Origin: Microcella sp.
GTDB lineage: Bacteria; Actinomycetota; Actinomycetes; Actinomycetales; Microbacteriaceae
Direction of reading: 5' to 3'
Length of the DNA stretch: 51,450 nt
Assembly: GCF_033763155.1 (NCBI RefSeq)
Contig: NZ_JANRKZ010000233.1
Coordinates: 1 to 51,450, forward strand
Under the pieces are notes generated by a model. The model made no database searches. It saw nothing but the letters and a program-made list of their open reading frames with translations, and was not told the origin of the DNA. Made by a program: the position numbers and the translations under genes. Positions within the stretch are counted from its first letter, which is position 1; each line of letters begins with the position of its first letter. Positions 20,832 to 29,391 of the stretch are shown here, in pieces.

Positions 20832-21484
20832 CGGTCTGCCTCCAAAAGACGCTCAACGAGCGGAGCAAGGGGGGTTCGGGATGCTGCGCTCACGAGCACC
20901 ACATCGCCCTCATCGACCTGCGCACGCACGACATCGTATGCCTGCTCGAGCGTATCGACGAGAATCGACTCTCCGTCCCACGAGCCCTCGAGCCCGGCCG
21001 CGTTGTGGATGTGCCGGGCACCGTGGCCCACAACGACCAGCTGGGCGACGTCGAGCCGCACGATGATGCGGCCGAGAGCATCGTGATCGTCGAACCACTC
21101 GTGCGGCTCACTGTCGAGCTCTCCGAGAACAGCGATTGACCGACCACCCTCTCGCGTGAGGTCGGCGAGAACGCGCAACGACGCGCGAACGTCGAGAGCG
21201 GTGCGCGCCGCCGTGTCGTCGAGCAGCAGGGCGCGGTTGGAGAGATACCGTCGGGCCGTTCTGCCCGCGATGTCGGCACTGGCGAGGGCGACTGCCTCGG
21301 CCGCGATGGGGAGAGTTGCTCCCTCGTCAAGAAGCAGGGCCAAGTGCGCGAGCGCGGCATCGACGGCCGCCATGCCGACAGCACGAAGGCCGATGTCAAT
21401 CGTCTCTTCACCGACGCGCACCACAACGAGCGATCCATCCCGTCGGTGCACGACATCATCCACGACGAGATCGAAACCGGTCAC
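20828..21484 (-). CDS. Truncated, catalytically degenerate MurF-like protein (end of middle domain plus Mur ligase C-terminal domain, 218 aa)
   Basis: Occupies the murF slot. [35 protein letters not shown] and GDVVLV resemble the MurF C-domain. No N-domain or P-loop. GTG 21484 is 4 nt after the murE stop, and the stop overlaps the mraY start (ATGA). Confidence 0.85.
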   Translation of the reverse strand: MTGFDLVVDDVVHRRDGSLVVVRVGEETIDIGLRAVGMAAVDAALAHLALLLDEGATLPIAAEAVALASADIAGRTARRYLSNRALLLDDTAARTALDVRASLRVLADLTREGGRSIAVLGELDSEPHEWFDDHDALGRIIVRLDVAQLVVVGHGARHIHNAAGLEGSWDGESILVDTLEQAYDVVRAQVDEGDVVLVSAASRTPLAPLVERLLEADR

Positions 21485-21488
21485 CCGG

Positions 21489-23024
21489 TCACCACCCGGC
21501 TTCACGCAGCGCGGCACGCGCCAAGTCACGTGCCGAATACTCGGTGCGCACACCTCGAATGTCGCGGTAGTCCTGGTGGCCCGGGCCCGCCCACAAGATC
21601 GAATCACCCTCGCGGGCAAGCCCAACCGCGACGCGAATGGCCTCTTCCGGCGGACTCACCTCGTGAATCTCCGGCTTGTTGGCTGCGAGTGCGGCACCCT
21701 CGAGAAGGGTCGCGCGAATCGACGCGGGGTCTTCGAACCGCGGGTGGTGGTCAGTAATCACGAGAACGTCGCAGCCCTCGGCCGCGACCCGCGCCATCTC
21801 GTGACGCTTCGTCGCATCGCGGTCACCATCCGCTCCGAACACCATGATGGTGCGGCCGGTCGTAAAGCGACGCACCGCCGCGAGAGTGTGGTCAAAGGCA
21901 TCAGCACTGTGACCGAAGTCAACATAAACACTCGGCCCGCGATCCCCCGACACCCGCTCGGTGCGGCCGGGCAAATAGGCCGTGATTCCCTCGTCACCCA
22001 GGGCGGCGGCGATGTCGTCGAGGGCGATTCCCGATTCGACAAGCATGACAATTGCCAGGCCAGCGTTGGCGGCCATGTGACCGCCAATCAGAGGAACCCG
22101 TGTTTCCATCGATTGCCCGTTCGGGCCCGTGAGACGAAAGCCCGTGTACGCGGGATGCTCGTCGGTGAGTGTCACGCGCCAGTCGGCCGCGACATCATCA
22201 CGAGAGGTAATCGTGACGACCGGGATGCGGGCGGCGTCGACCACCTGCATACCGTAGGCCGAGTCGAGCGAAACCACCCCGCGCCGACCTCGATCGGGAA
22301 AGAACAATGGCAACTTGGCAGCGAAGTACTCGGCCATGTCGGCGTAGTCGTCGAGGTGGTCGTGGGTGAGGTTGGTGAACCCAACGACATCGAACAGCAT
22401 GCCATCGACGCGGTGTCGACTGAGTGCCTGGGCGCTCACCTCGACGGCAATCGCCGTGACGCCCGCTTCGCGCATGCGCGCCAAGAGCGCGTGCATCTCG
22501 GTTGCCTCGGGCGTGGTCAGACGACTGACCACCGTGAGATCGCCAATGTGGCGTTCCGCCGTCGAGCTGAGGCCCGTCACATGGCCCAGCTGTTTCAAGA
22601 TGCCCTCGAGCAGGTAGGCCGTTGAGGTCTTGCCGTTGGTGCCGGTGACCCCGACCATGAGCACCGGTTCGTCGCGGGTGCGATAGACCCACGCGGCAAG
22701 TTCACCGAGCGCTCCGCGCGGGTTCTCGACGATCAGCACGGGCACGCCGGCATTCTCAGCGAGCGTCGCGCCCGCAGCATCCGTCAGAATCGCGACCGCT
22801 CCCCCAGCGACGGCCTCGGCGGCGAACTCGGCCCCGTGACGGTTGACCCCCTTGATGCCGACAAACACGTCCCCCGCGCGAAGGTCACCCGTCGAGAGGG
22901 TGATGCCCGTGAGCTCGATGCCCTCAATTTCTCCGCGGACCTCGAGTGAGAATTCGGCGACGAGCCCCGAAAGCGGACGCGGCTCGGGGTGTTCAGGTCG
23001 CAGCACGGGGGGAATGCGGGACAA
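21489..23024 (-). CDS. murE: MurE-type Mur ligase (third stem residue)
   Basis: GVTGTNGKTST, LTTPEA, EVSAQAL, FTNLTHDHLDDY, GRTE, FGADGDRD. Specificity motif reads DHHPR. Confidence 0.93.
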   Translation of the reverse strand: MSRIPPVLRPEHPEPRPLSGLVAEFSLEVRGEIEGIELTGITLSTGDLRAGDVFVGIKGVNRHGAEFAAEAVAGGAVAILTDAAGATLAENAGVPVLIVENPRGALGELAAWVYRTRDEPVLMVGVTGTNGKTSTAYLLEGILKQLGHVTGLSSTAERHIGDLTVVSRLTTPEATEMHALLARMREAGVTAIAVEVSAQALSRHRVDGMLFDVVGFTNLTHDHLDDYADMAEYFAAKLPLFFPDRGRRGVVSLDSAYGMQVVDAARIPVVTITSRDDVAADWRVTLTDEHPAYTGFRLTGPNGQSMETRVPLIGGHMAANAGLAIVMLVESGIALDDIAAALGDEGITAYLPGRTERVSGDRGPSVYVDFGHSADAFDHTLAAVRRFTTGRTIMVFGADGDRDATKRHEMARVAAEGCDVLVITDHHPRFEDPASIRATLLEGAALAANKPEIHEVSPPEEAIRVAVGLAREGDSILWAGPGHQDYRDIRGVRTEYSARDLARAALREAGW

Positions 23025-23054
23025 CGCAACCTCAGCTCTTTCTGGGCCGACCCC

Positions 23055-24824
23055 TCACCAGGTCAGCGGGATGCTTGGGGCCGAGACCGTCGACGGGGCA
23101 ACCCGGAAGGTCTTCAGCACCTGGGTCATGATCGACCGGAAGGTGGGCGCGGCGGCAGCCGACGTCTTCATCGTATCGGGCTTGCCGTAGGTCACCACCA
23201 CGACAAACTGCGGGTCATCGGCGGGTGCCATTCCCGCGACCGAGACAATGCGTTCGTTGCCGTACTCGCCGTTCTCGGACACTTCGGCGGTTCCCGTCTT
23301 GGCGGCAACGCGGTATCCCGGGATGCTGAGCTGGCGTGACAGAAAACCTTGTGTCACGACGTTCTCCAGCGTGTTCACGACATCGCGTGCTGCTGACTCA
23401 CTCACCACCCGCACACCCTCGGTGGAGGGAACGTCGGTCACTGTTCCGTCGCTGTGTTCACAGCCGGTCACGAGCGTGAGAGGCGCCCGCACACCATCGT
23501 TCGCGAGTGTTTGGTAGAGGCTGGCAATTTGAGCGCTCGTGGCGGTCATGCCCTGGCCAAACATTTGGGTCACGGCCGTGTGTCCGTCAACGGCGTCGGC
23601 CTCGCCGACAAAGCCCGGCTCTTCACCTAAGAAGTCGACCGCCGTCTCGGTGCCGAACCCGAAGGCGGTCAGGTAGTCGTGGCGCTGGGCGAGCGACAAC
23701 CGTTCGCTCAAGACGGCCGTTCCGGTGTTCGACGAATTCATGAGCACGCCTGCGGCGGTATAGCGAAGGTCGCCGTGGTCCCACGCGTCTCCGATTTGGA
23801 AACCCGCAATGGTGTCGTAACGTCTCGGGGCAATGATCTGATCGGCAACCGTTGCCGCGCCGGAGTCAAAGAGCGCTGCAAACGTTGCCGACTTAATCGT
23901 CGACCCCGGCTCATAGGGCCAGGTAAACACGCGCGACCCCAGGTTTTCGACCGCGGTTCCGTCGACATTGTTCGGGTCGACCGTTGGCCAGTCTGCGGCA
24001 GCAATGATGTGACCGTTATCAACACGAACGACAACCGCGGTTGCCCACTCGGCGCCGATAGCCGTCGCTTGCTCAGCAATCGCCTGCTGGGCGAACCACT
24101 GCACATCCGAATCGATGGTCAGACGCAGGGTGCCGCCATCGATGGCATCACGCGCGACGACGGTCGTGCCGGGTAGCCGCACGCCATCGGCACCGCGCTC
24201 GTAGGTCGCCTCGCCATTCGTCGCCTCGAGGCACTCGTTGAGCCGATACTCCAAACCCGTCTGTGGGCCATCCGTGCCCAAGAAGCCCACGAGATTGCCG
24301 GCGATCTGACCGTTCGGGTAGGTGCGCGCCGGGATGCGCTCCCAATAGACCCACGGAATCTCGAGATCACGAACCTGCTCGAACTGTTCGGGCGTCACCC
24401 CGCGCGCGAGATACGCGTGGTCGTCATCGGGATCGGCCGCGAGCTGCGCGGTGATGTCGGCGAGCATGGCTGCCGAGTCGCCCTCGACGATCGCCGCAAT
24501 GGCGGCGAGGTGATCGGCAACCGTCGTCGTCGCCTCGCCGACCGCCTCACCCTCGAGAGCTTTCGCGACGAATCGCGGCGAGACCGTGATGTCATAGCGA
24601 AACACCGAGTCAGCAAGCACAACGCCCCGAGAGTCGACGATGTCGCCACGCGCTCCATAGATCGTGATGGGAATCGATCGGCGAGCTTCGGACTCTTGCG
24701 CCAGTTGTTCAGCACGCACCACTTGAATGTCGACGAGACGGACAACGAACGACGACAAGATGATCGCGAGCACCAGCATCCACGCCGCGAGACGGCGCCG
24801 GGTACGGCGATCAGCGGTCACCAT
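23055..24824 (-). CDS. ftsI: Class B penicillin-binding protein FtsI/PbpB
   Basis: N-terminal TM, RGDIVDSRG, YEPGSTIK (SxxK), SSN, KTGT. Confidence 0.95.
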   Translation of the reverse strand: MVTADRRTRRRLAAWMLVLAIILSSFVVRLVDIQVVRAEQLAQESEARRSIPITIYGARGDIVDSRGVVLADSVFRYDITVSPRFVAKALEGEAVGEATTTVADHLAAIAAIVEGDSAAMLADITAQLAADPDDDHAYLARGVTPEQFEQVRDLEIPWVYWERIPARTYPNGQIAGNLVGFLGTDGPQTGLEYRLNECLEATNGEATYERGADGVRLPGTTVVARDAIDGGTLRLTIDSDVQWFAQQAIAEQATAIGAEWATAVVVRVDNGHIIAAADWPTVDPNNVDGTAVENLGSRVFTWPYEPGSTIKSATFAALFDSGAATVADQIIAPRRYDTIAGFQIGDAWDHGDLRYTAAGVLMNSSNTGTAVLSERLSLAQRHDYLTAFGFGTETAVDFLGEEPGFVGEADAVDGHTAVTQMFGQGMTATSAQIASLYQTLANDGVRAPLTLVTGCEHSDGTVTDVPSTEGVRVVSESAARDVVNTLENVVTQGFLSRQLSIPGYRVAAKTGTAEVSENGEYGNERIVSVAGMAPADDPQFVVVVTYGKPDTMKTSAAAAPTFRSIMTQVLKTFRVAPSTVSAPSIPLTW

Positions 24825-24846
24825 GCGGAGGCCTCGTCTCGGTTGA

Positions 24847-25446
24847 TCAGCGCGTCACGGGCGAGGGCAGAGCCCCCGTCGAGGGCACCACGCTCGAGCC
24901 CGACGGTAGCGACCCCGACGGCGCGACCGCGGCAGGCACGCCCAAAGTCGTGGCAACCGCTCCCCCCGTCGCCGCCGGGGTCACCAGGGGCACGTCGGTC
25001 AGCAGCACATTGCCGACGAGATCGCCCCTGCCGTCGAGCACGCCCGCGCCGGCCCCAGCCGGTGCTGGCGAGCCCTGAACGGAGCCATCAGAGAGCAGCA
25101 AAAACGCCGGACTGACCGTGCTCACGACCATTCCGAGAGATTCGGCATTCGCGGCGACGTTCTGCGCGGAGTCGAAGACGTTCAGATCTTCGGTCAACAT
25201 TTGCGCCGTGCGATCGAGCTCAATGCGTTGAGCCTCGAGTTCGGTGATGCGATAGGCGCCGTCAGACAGCACGATGCTCAGCAACAACTGTGTCAACAAG
25301 ATCGCGAAGACACCCGCGACCGTCGCCACGGCGTAGGCGGCACGGGGACGAGCACGCCGTTGGCGGCGAGTCGCAACCACCTCGAGTGCGGGGCGCTGGG
25401 GTGCGCGGTGCGCGTTCGGCGCGGCAGACAATGCAACGGCGCTCAT
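24847..25446 (-). CDS. FtsL-like cell division protein
   Basis: One TM, a heptad coiled coil ending AESLGMV and a low-complexity tail. Between rsmH and ftsI. Confidence 0.75.
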   Translation of the reverse strand: MSAVALSAAPNAHRAPQRPALEVVATRRQRRARPRAAYAVATVAGVFAILLTQLLLSIVLSDGAYRITELEAQRIELDRTAQMLTEDLNVFDSAQNVAANAESLGMVVSTVSPAFLLLSDGSVQGSPAPAGAGAGVLDGRGDLVGNVLLTDVPLVTPAATGGAVATTLGVPAAVAPSGSLPSGSSVVPSTGALPSPVTR

Positions 25447-26399
25447 GCCACGTCTCGCAGTCGTTCAGCGGCGCGCAGTCGCACGGGGATTGCGCGCGGG
25501 TTCGCCGCTCGCTCAATGTCATCCGCCAGTTCGGCACCCCGCACGAGCAACGAGAATTCGGGGCGGTGCTGCGGCAACTCAACGGGAAGCCCGGCCGGCG
25601 CGGTGGACTGCGAGCGTCGAGCAAACTCCCGCTTGACGATGCGGTCTTCGAGCGACTGATACGCCAGCACGACAATGCGCCCGCCGACCGCGAGCGCGTC
25701 GAGGGCGGCAGGCAACGCCGCTTCGAGGGCGGCAAGTTCGGCGTTGACCTCAATTCGCAGGGCCTGGAAAACACGCTTAGCGGGGTGACCCGCTCGCTGC
25801 ACGGCGCGCGGCGTGGCGTCGACAATGAGTTGAACCAGCTGCGACGAGCGTTCGAGGGGATGCTCAGCGCGCGCCTTGACGATGCTGCGGGCATAGCGCG
25901 GCGCGAGCTTCTCCTCGCCATAGGCGTAGAAGATGCGACGCAATTCGTCTTCGGGGTACTCGGCAAGGATCGTTGCCGCCGTGATGCCCGTGGTGCGGTC
26001 CATGCGCATGTCGAGCGGAGCATCCTGCGCATAGGCGAAGCCACGCTCGGCCTCGTCGAGTTGCATCGACGAGACGCCCAGGTCGAACAACACCGCGGTC
26101 ACGCGGTCGATGCCGACACTGTCGAGCGCGTGACGCACGCCGCTGTACACCGTGTGCACGAGCCGGGCGCGGTCGCCAAAACGAGAGAGTCGCTCTGCCG
26201 ATGCGGCAAGCGCGTCGGTGTCGCGGTCGAGCCCGACGACGGTGAGACCGGGGTGCCGCTCGAGCGCCGCCTCCGTGTGCCCCCCGAGCCCCAGAGTCGC
26301 ATCAACCATCACCGCTCCCTCGACCGCGAGCGCAGGTTCGAGCAACGCGAGCGAGCGCTCGAGCATGACGGGGGTGTGGCGGGGGCTGTCGGTCATCAT
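25443..26399 (-). CDS. rsmH: 16S rRNA m4C1402 methyltransferase
   Basis: HTPVML, DATLGLGGH, DLGVSSMQLD, PLDMRMD, FQALRIEVN. Start moved to ATG 26399 (or 26396). Confidence 0.96.
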   Translation of the reverse strand: MMTDSPRHTPVMLERSLALLEPALAVEGAVMVDATLGLGGHTEAALERHPGLTVVGLDRDTDALAASAERLSRFGDRARLVHTVYSGVRHALDSVGIDRVTAVLFDLGVSSMQLDEAERGFAYAQDAPLDMRMDRTTGITAATILAEYPEDELRRIFYAYGEEKLAPRYARSIVKARAEHPLERSSQLVQLIVDATPRAVQRAGHPAKRVFQALRIEVNAELAALEAALPAALDALAVGGRIVVLAYQSLEDRIVKREFARRSQSTAPAGLPVELPQHRPEFSLLVRGAELADDIERAANPRAIPVRLRAAERLRDVA

Positions 26400-26419
26400 C
26401 GTGGTCCGGTGGGCCGCGG

Positions 26420-26494
26420 GGCCCTGATCCCCATCCGTGCGACCTGGCACCGGGGAAGGTGCGCCAGGGCGACTCACGGCTGGGAGTCAGGGTC
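26420..26494 (-). ncRNA. mraW RNA motif (cis-regulatory hairpin)
   Basis: Minus strand GACCCTGACTCCCAGCCGTGAGTCGCCCTGGCGCACCTTCCCCGGTGCCAGGTCGCACGGATGGGGATCAGGGCC: long bulged hairpin with CUUCCCC at the apex, directly 5' of rsmH (mraW). Confidence 0.88.
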
Positions 26495-26500
26495 ACGCGA

Positions 26501-26932
26501 TCAAAAGAGTCCGGGAATCACCTCCTCTTCGGTGTTGGCGAAGGCTTCTTCGCGTTCGGCGTAGTAGCTGTTCCATGCTTCGGTCGACCAAATTTCGGCG
26601 CGATCGCCCGCGCCAATCACGGTGAGTTCGCGGTCGAGGCCGGCGTACTCGCGCAGCACCGTCGGAATAGTCAGTCGGTGTTGCGAGTCGGGTTCTTGTT
26701 CGCTTGCGCCCGAGAGAAAGAGGCGCTGGAACTCACGGCCCTGCTTGCTCGTGAGAGGAGCCGTGCGCAACTTGTCGAGCTGTTCCTGAAACATCGCGGC
26801 GCTGAAGACGTAGATGCAGTGCTCTTGCCCGCGGGTCAAGACCACTCCCCCAGCGAGCTCACTGCGGAACTTCGCCGGAAGGATGATGCGCCCTTTGTCG
26901 TCGAGCTTGGGGGTGTGCGTGCCGAGAAGCAT
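26501..26932 (-). CDS. mraZ: dcw cluster transcriptional repressor MraZ
   Basis: 143 aa, [28 protein letters not shown]. Confidence 0.97.
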   Translation of the reverse strand: MLLGTHTPKLDDKGRIILPAKFRSELAGGVVLTRGQEHCIYVFSAAMFQEQLDKLRTAPLTSKQGREFQRLFLSGASEQEPDSQHRLTIPTVLREYAGLDRELTVIGAGDRAEIWSTEAWNSYYAEREEAFANTEEEVIPGLF

Positions 26933-26977
26933 TCGCCTGGCCCCCCTCTCATCTCCGGCCCGAGATCAGGTGATGAC

Positions 26978-27009
26978 CTCCACTTTACTCCACTTTCCTC
27001 CACAAAGTA
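26978..27009 (-). promoter_or_regulatory. mraZ promoter: -10 TACTTT followed by three GTGGAG MraZ boxes
   Basis: Minus strand TACTTT-GTGGAG-GAAA-GTGGAG-TAAA-GTGGAG, 10-bp period, like known MraZ direct repeats. Confidence 0.85.
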
Positions 27010-27198
27010 AAGGATCGACAGCACTCTAGCGCCATACGCCCTCCATCAAGAACGCGGAATCCGCAGAAAACGTGCTTTCTCGCAGCACTACGGCGGTGGA
27101 GTACCGGTGGAGGGCCGGCGGCCAAAGAGGCCACGCAGGGCTTCAAAGGGGGCCGCCCATGGACGCCGTTCATCCCCACGAATCCGCTCACGGACACG

Positions 27199-27227
27199 AA
27201 AAAAGGGCCGACCTTTCGGTCGGCCCT
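27199..27227 (-). terminator. Intrinsic terminator after the DUF3040 gene
   Basis: AGGGCCGACC-GAAA-GGTCGGCCCT-TTTTT on the minus strand, a perfect 10-bp stem. Confidence 0.88.
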
Positions 27228-27252
27228 GCTACGTGGAGGAAAAGGGAGTCAG

Positions 27253-27633
27253 CTACTCGCCGCGCTCATCTTGGCGGCGTTCCCACCGCTCGCTCATCGT
27301 CGACATCCATGACGATCGCGGCGCTCGTGCCGCTCGGCTCGTCGAGCTCGCGGTGGAGGCCGTCGAATCGGCGGAACGACCCGGAGTAATCACCATGAGA
27401 ACGCCCGCGAGCATGAGCGCGAAACCAACGACCCCAACGATGGGCTGGCGCACGATAACACCGGCGATGAGAGCTGCTACGCCCGCGACGGCGAGAAGCG
27501 CGCCAATGACGACCAGGCGATAGTTGGGTTTGCCGCGACGGCCCGACACGGTCGCGACGAAGTCGGCATCGTTCTGGTAGAGGTTGCGCTCCATCTCTTC
27601 CAGGAGGCGCTGCTCGTGCTCAGACAGCGGCAT
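27253..27633 (-). CDS. DUF3040 domain membrane protein
   Basis: MPLSEHEQRLLEEMERNLY..D, two TMs, MSERWERR. Usual position upstream of mraZ. Confidence 0.92.
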   Translation of the reverse strand: MPLSEHEQRLLEEMERNLYQNDADFVATVSGRRGKPNYRLVVIGALLAVAGVAALIAGVIVRQPIVGVVGFALMLAGVLMVITPGRSADSTASTASSTSRAARAPRSSWMSTMSERWERRQDERGE

Positions 27634-27713
27634 GATGAACCCTTCGACGACGCGCAGAGCCGAACAGGCCTGCGCCCTCATTCTAGGCTCGCACTCCTGG
27701 ATAGGCTAGGCGA

Positions 27714-28835
27714 GTGCCTGAGAGATTGCGGTTAGTCGACCTAGTCAACGCTCGACTCGAACAGTTTCTCGACGAGCGTGCCGCGCAGGTGACTCACATC
27801 GCAGACGAGCTGTCGGTGTTCACCGACGCCAGCCGCGATCTCTTGAGTGGGGGCAAACGGTTTCGCGCGTTGTTCTGCTATTGGGGATGGCATGCGGTCG
27901 CCGGCACGCTGCGCCCTGATGACCTTCTTGCCGAACTCGATGACCATCCCGATCTCAGCAGTGTGATTGAAGCCGCTGCCGCTCTCGAGATCTTTCACGC
28001 GGCGGCCTTGGTTCATGACGACATCATGGACAACTCCGACACGCGCCGCGGCATGCCTGCAGCCCACCGCCGTTTCGAAGCGGACCACGCTCGCCGCGAA
28101 TGGGTCGGCAGCGCCTCCACGTACGGCACCTCTGCGGCACTCTTGCTGGGAGATCTTCTCCTCGGTTGGAGCGACGAACTGCTCGACTCAGGTCTGGCTC
28201 GACTTGCCGACCGCCCCAGCGCTCGCGCCGCCCGCGCCGAATTCCAGACGATGCGCACCGAGGTAACGGTCGGGCAGTATCTCGACATTCTCGAAGAAGT
28301 CGCGTGGCGCGACGCCGACGAAGCCGACCTCTTGGCGCGTGCGCATCGGGTTGTGACGTTTAAGTCGGCGAAGTATTCGATCGAGGCCCCGCTCGCACTG
28401 GGGGCCCTCATGGCCGGCGGCAGCCTCGACCAGGTCTCCGCGCTTCGGTCATTCGGCCTTCCCTTGGGCGTCGCGTTCCAGTTGCGCGATGACCTCTTGG
28501 GTGTCTTCGGCGATCCCGCCATCACCGGAAAGCCGGCGGGCGACGATCTGCGTGAGGGTAAGCGCACCGTCATCATCGCCCTTGCACGAGCGGCTCTGCC
28601 CGCTGGCGCCGTGCGGTTGATCGACGAATTGCTCGGTGACCCGCACCTCACCGACCACCAGATCGCCACACTGCAAGCAACGATTCGCGAGAGCGGCGCG
28701 GTCGACAAGACCGAGCGGATCATCGAGCGATCTGTCACCGAGGCCCTCGCCGCCCTCGAGGATGCTCCCCTCAGCCGCTCGGCGCGTGCCGAGCTCATCG
28801 GGCTCAGCGACCTCGTGACTCGGCGCGCTCACTAG
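27714..28835 (+). CDS. Polyprenyl diphosphate synthase (IdsA/GGPP synthase-like)
   Basis: GGKRFR, HDDIMDNSDTRRG (FARM), GQYLD, FQLRDDLLG (SARM), DDLREGK. Confidence 0.95.
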   Translation: MPERLRLVDLVNARLEQFLDERAAQVTHIADELSVFTDASRDLLSGGKRFRALFCYWGWHAVAGTLRPDDLLAELDDHPDLSSVIEAAAALEIFHAAALVHDDIMDNSDTRRGMPAAHRRFEADHARREWVGSASTYGTSAALLLGDLLLGWSDELLDSGLARLADRPSARAARAEFQTMRTEVTVGQYLDILEEVAWRDADEADLLARAHRVVTFKSAKYSIEAPLALGALMAGGSLDQVSALRSFGLPLGVAFQLRDDLLGVFGDPAITGKPAGDDLREGKRTVIIALARAALPAGAVRLIDELLGDPHLTDHQIATLQATIRESGAVDKTERIIERSVTEALAALEDAPLSRSARAELIGLSDLVTRRAH

Positions 28836-28880
28836 CGAGCATCGTCCCTGTCGTGAATCTCCGGCAGTAGTTGCTGCGCC

Positions 28881-29219
28881 CTAGAACGCGAGAGCCTGCG
28901 CGACGCGTCGAACTTCGGCCTTGCGGCCCGCGCGCAACGCGGCGATCGGCGAGACGCCGAGCATGTCGTTGACCTCGAGCATCCACTGCATCGCTTCATC
29001 GTCGGTGAACCCGTCGTCGGCAAGCAGCATGAGCGTGCCGCGAAGGTCTTTGAGCGGCTCACCGTCGTGCACGAACTCTTCGGGAACAACGAGCACTTTG
29101 TCTCGACGCACTGCCAGGAGATGCCGGTCTTCGATGAGACGGTGCACTTTGCCCGGGCTGAGGTCGAGAACGTCGACGAGATCAGGAACGGTCAACCATC
29201 GAGTGGATTCTGCAGGCAC
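28881..29219 (-). CDS. Rv2175c family DNA-binding protein
   Basis: WLTVPDLVDVL HTH start, LRGTLMLLAD, SPIAALRAGRKAEVRRVAQALAF. Next to idsA and pknL. Confidence 0.9.
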   Translation of the reverse strand: MPAESTRWLTVPDLVDVLDLSPGKVHRLIEDRHLLAVRRDKVLVVPEEFVHDGEPLKDLRGTLMLLADDGFTDDEAMQWMLEVNDMLGVSPIAALRAGRKAEVRRVAQALAF

Positions 29220-29391
29220 GCCTCAAGGGTGCCATGACTTAGGCGGCGTGTGGTCCTCGGACAAATGTTACGAACATGTAAACTGGTGCAACATCTACCC
29301 CATTGGTTGACGTGCGTTATAGCCTGTATCAGGGAAGCGGCATCGTTCTCCCCCAGCGAGACGCGAAACCAGGCACGACGAAGGGCCGCAG

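Noticed and set aside
21485-21625. 5' extension of the MurF-like ORF into murE as the missing MurF N-terminus or a MurE-MurF frameshift fusion
   Set aside because: The 47 extra residues are an off-frame reading of murE with no P-loop. murE has a normal end and stop, and I saw no slippery site.
26978-27003. Tandem repeat as CRISPR or VNTR
   Set aside because: 10-bp period with no spacers or cas genes; explained by MraZ boxes.
29331-29391. c-di-AMP (ydaO) riboswitch before the LysM gene
   Set aside because: The leader is only about 60 nt with one small hairpin, too short and lacking the motif's conserved segments.
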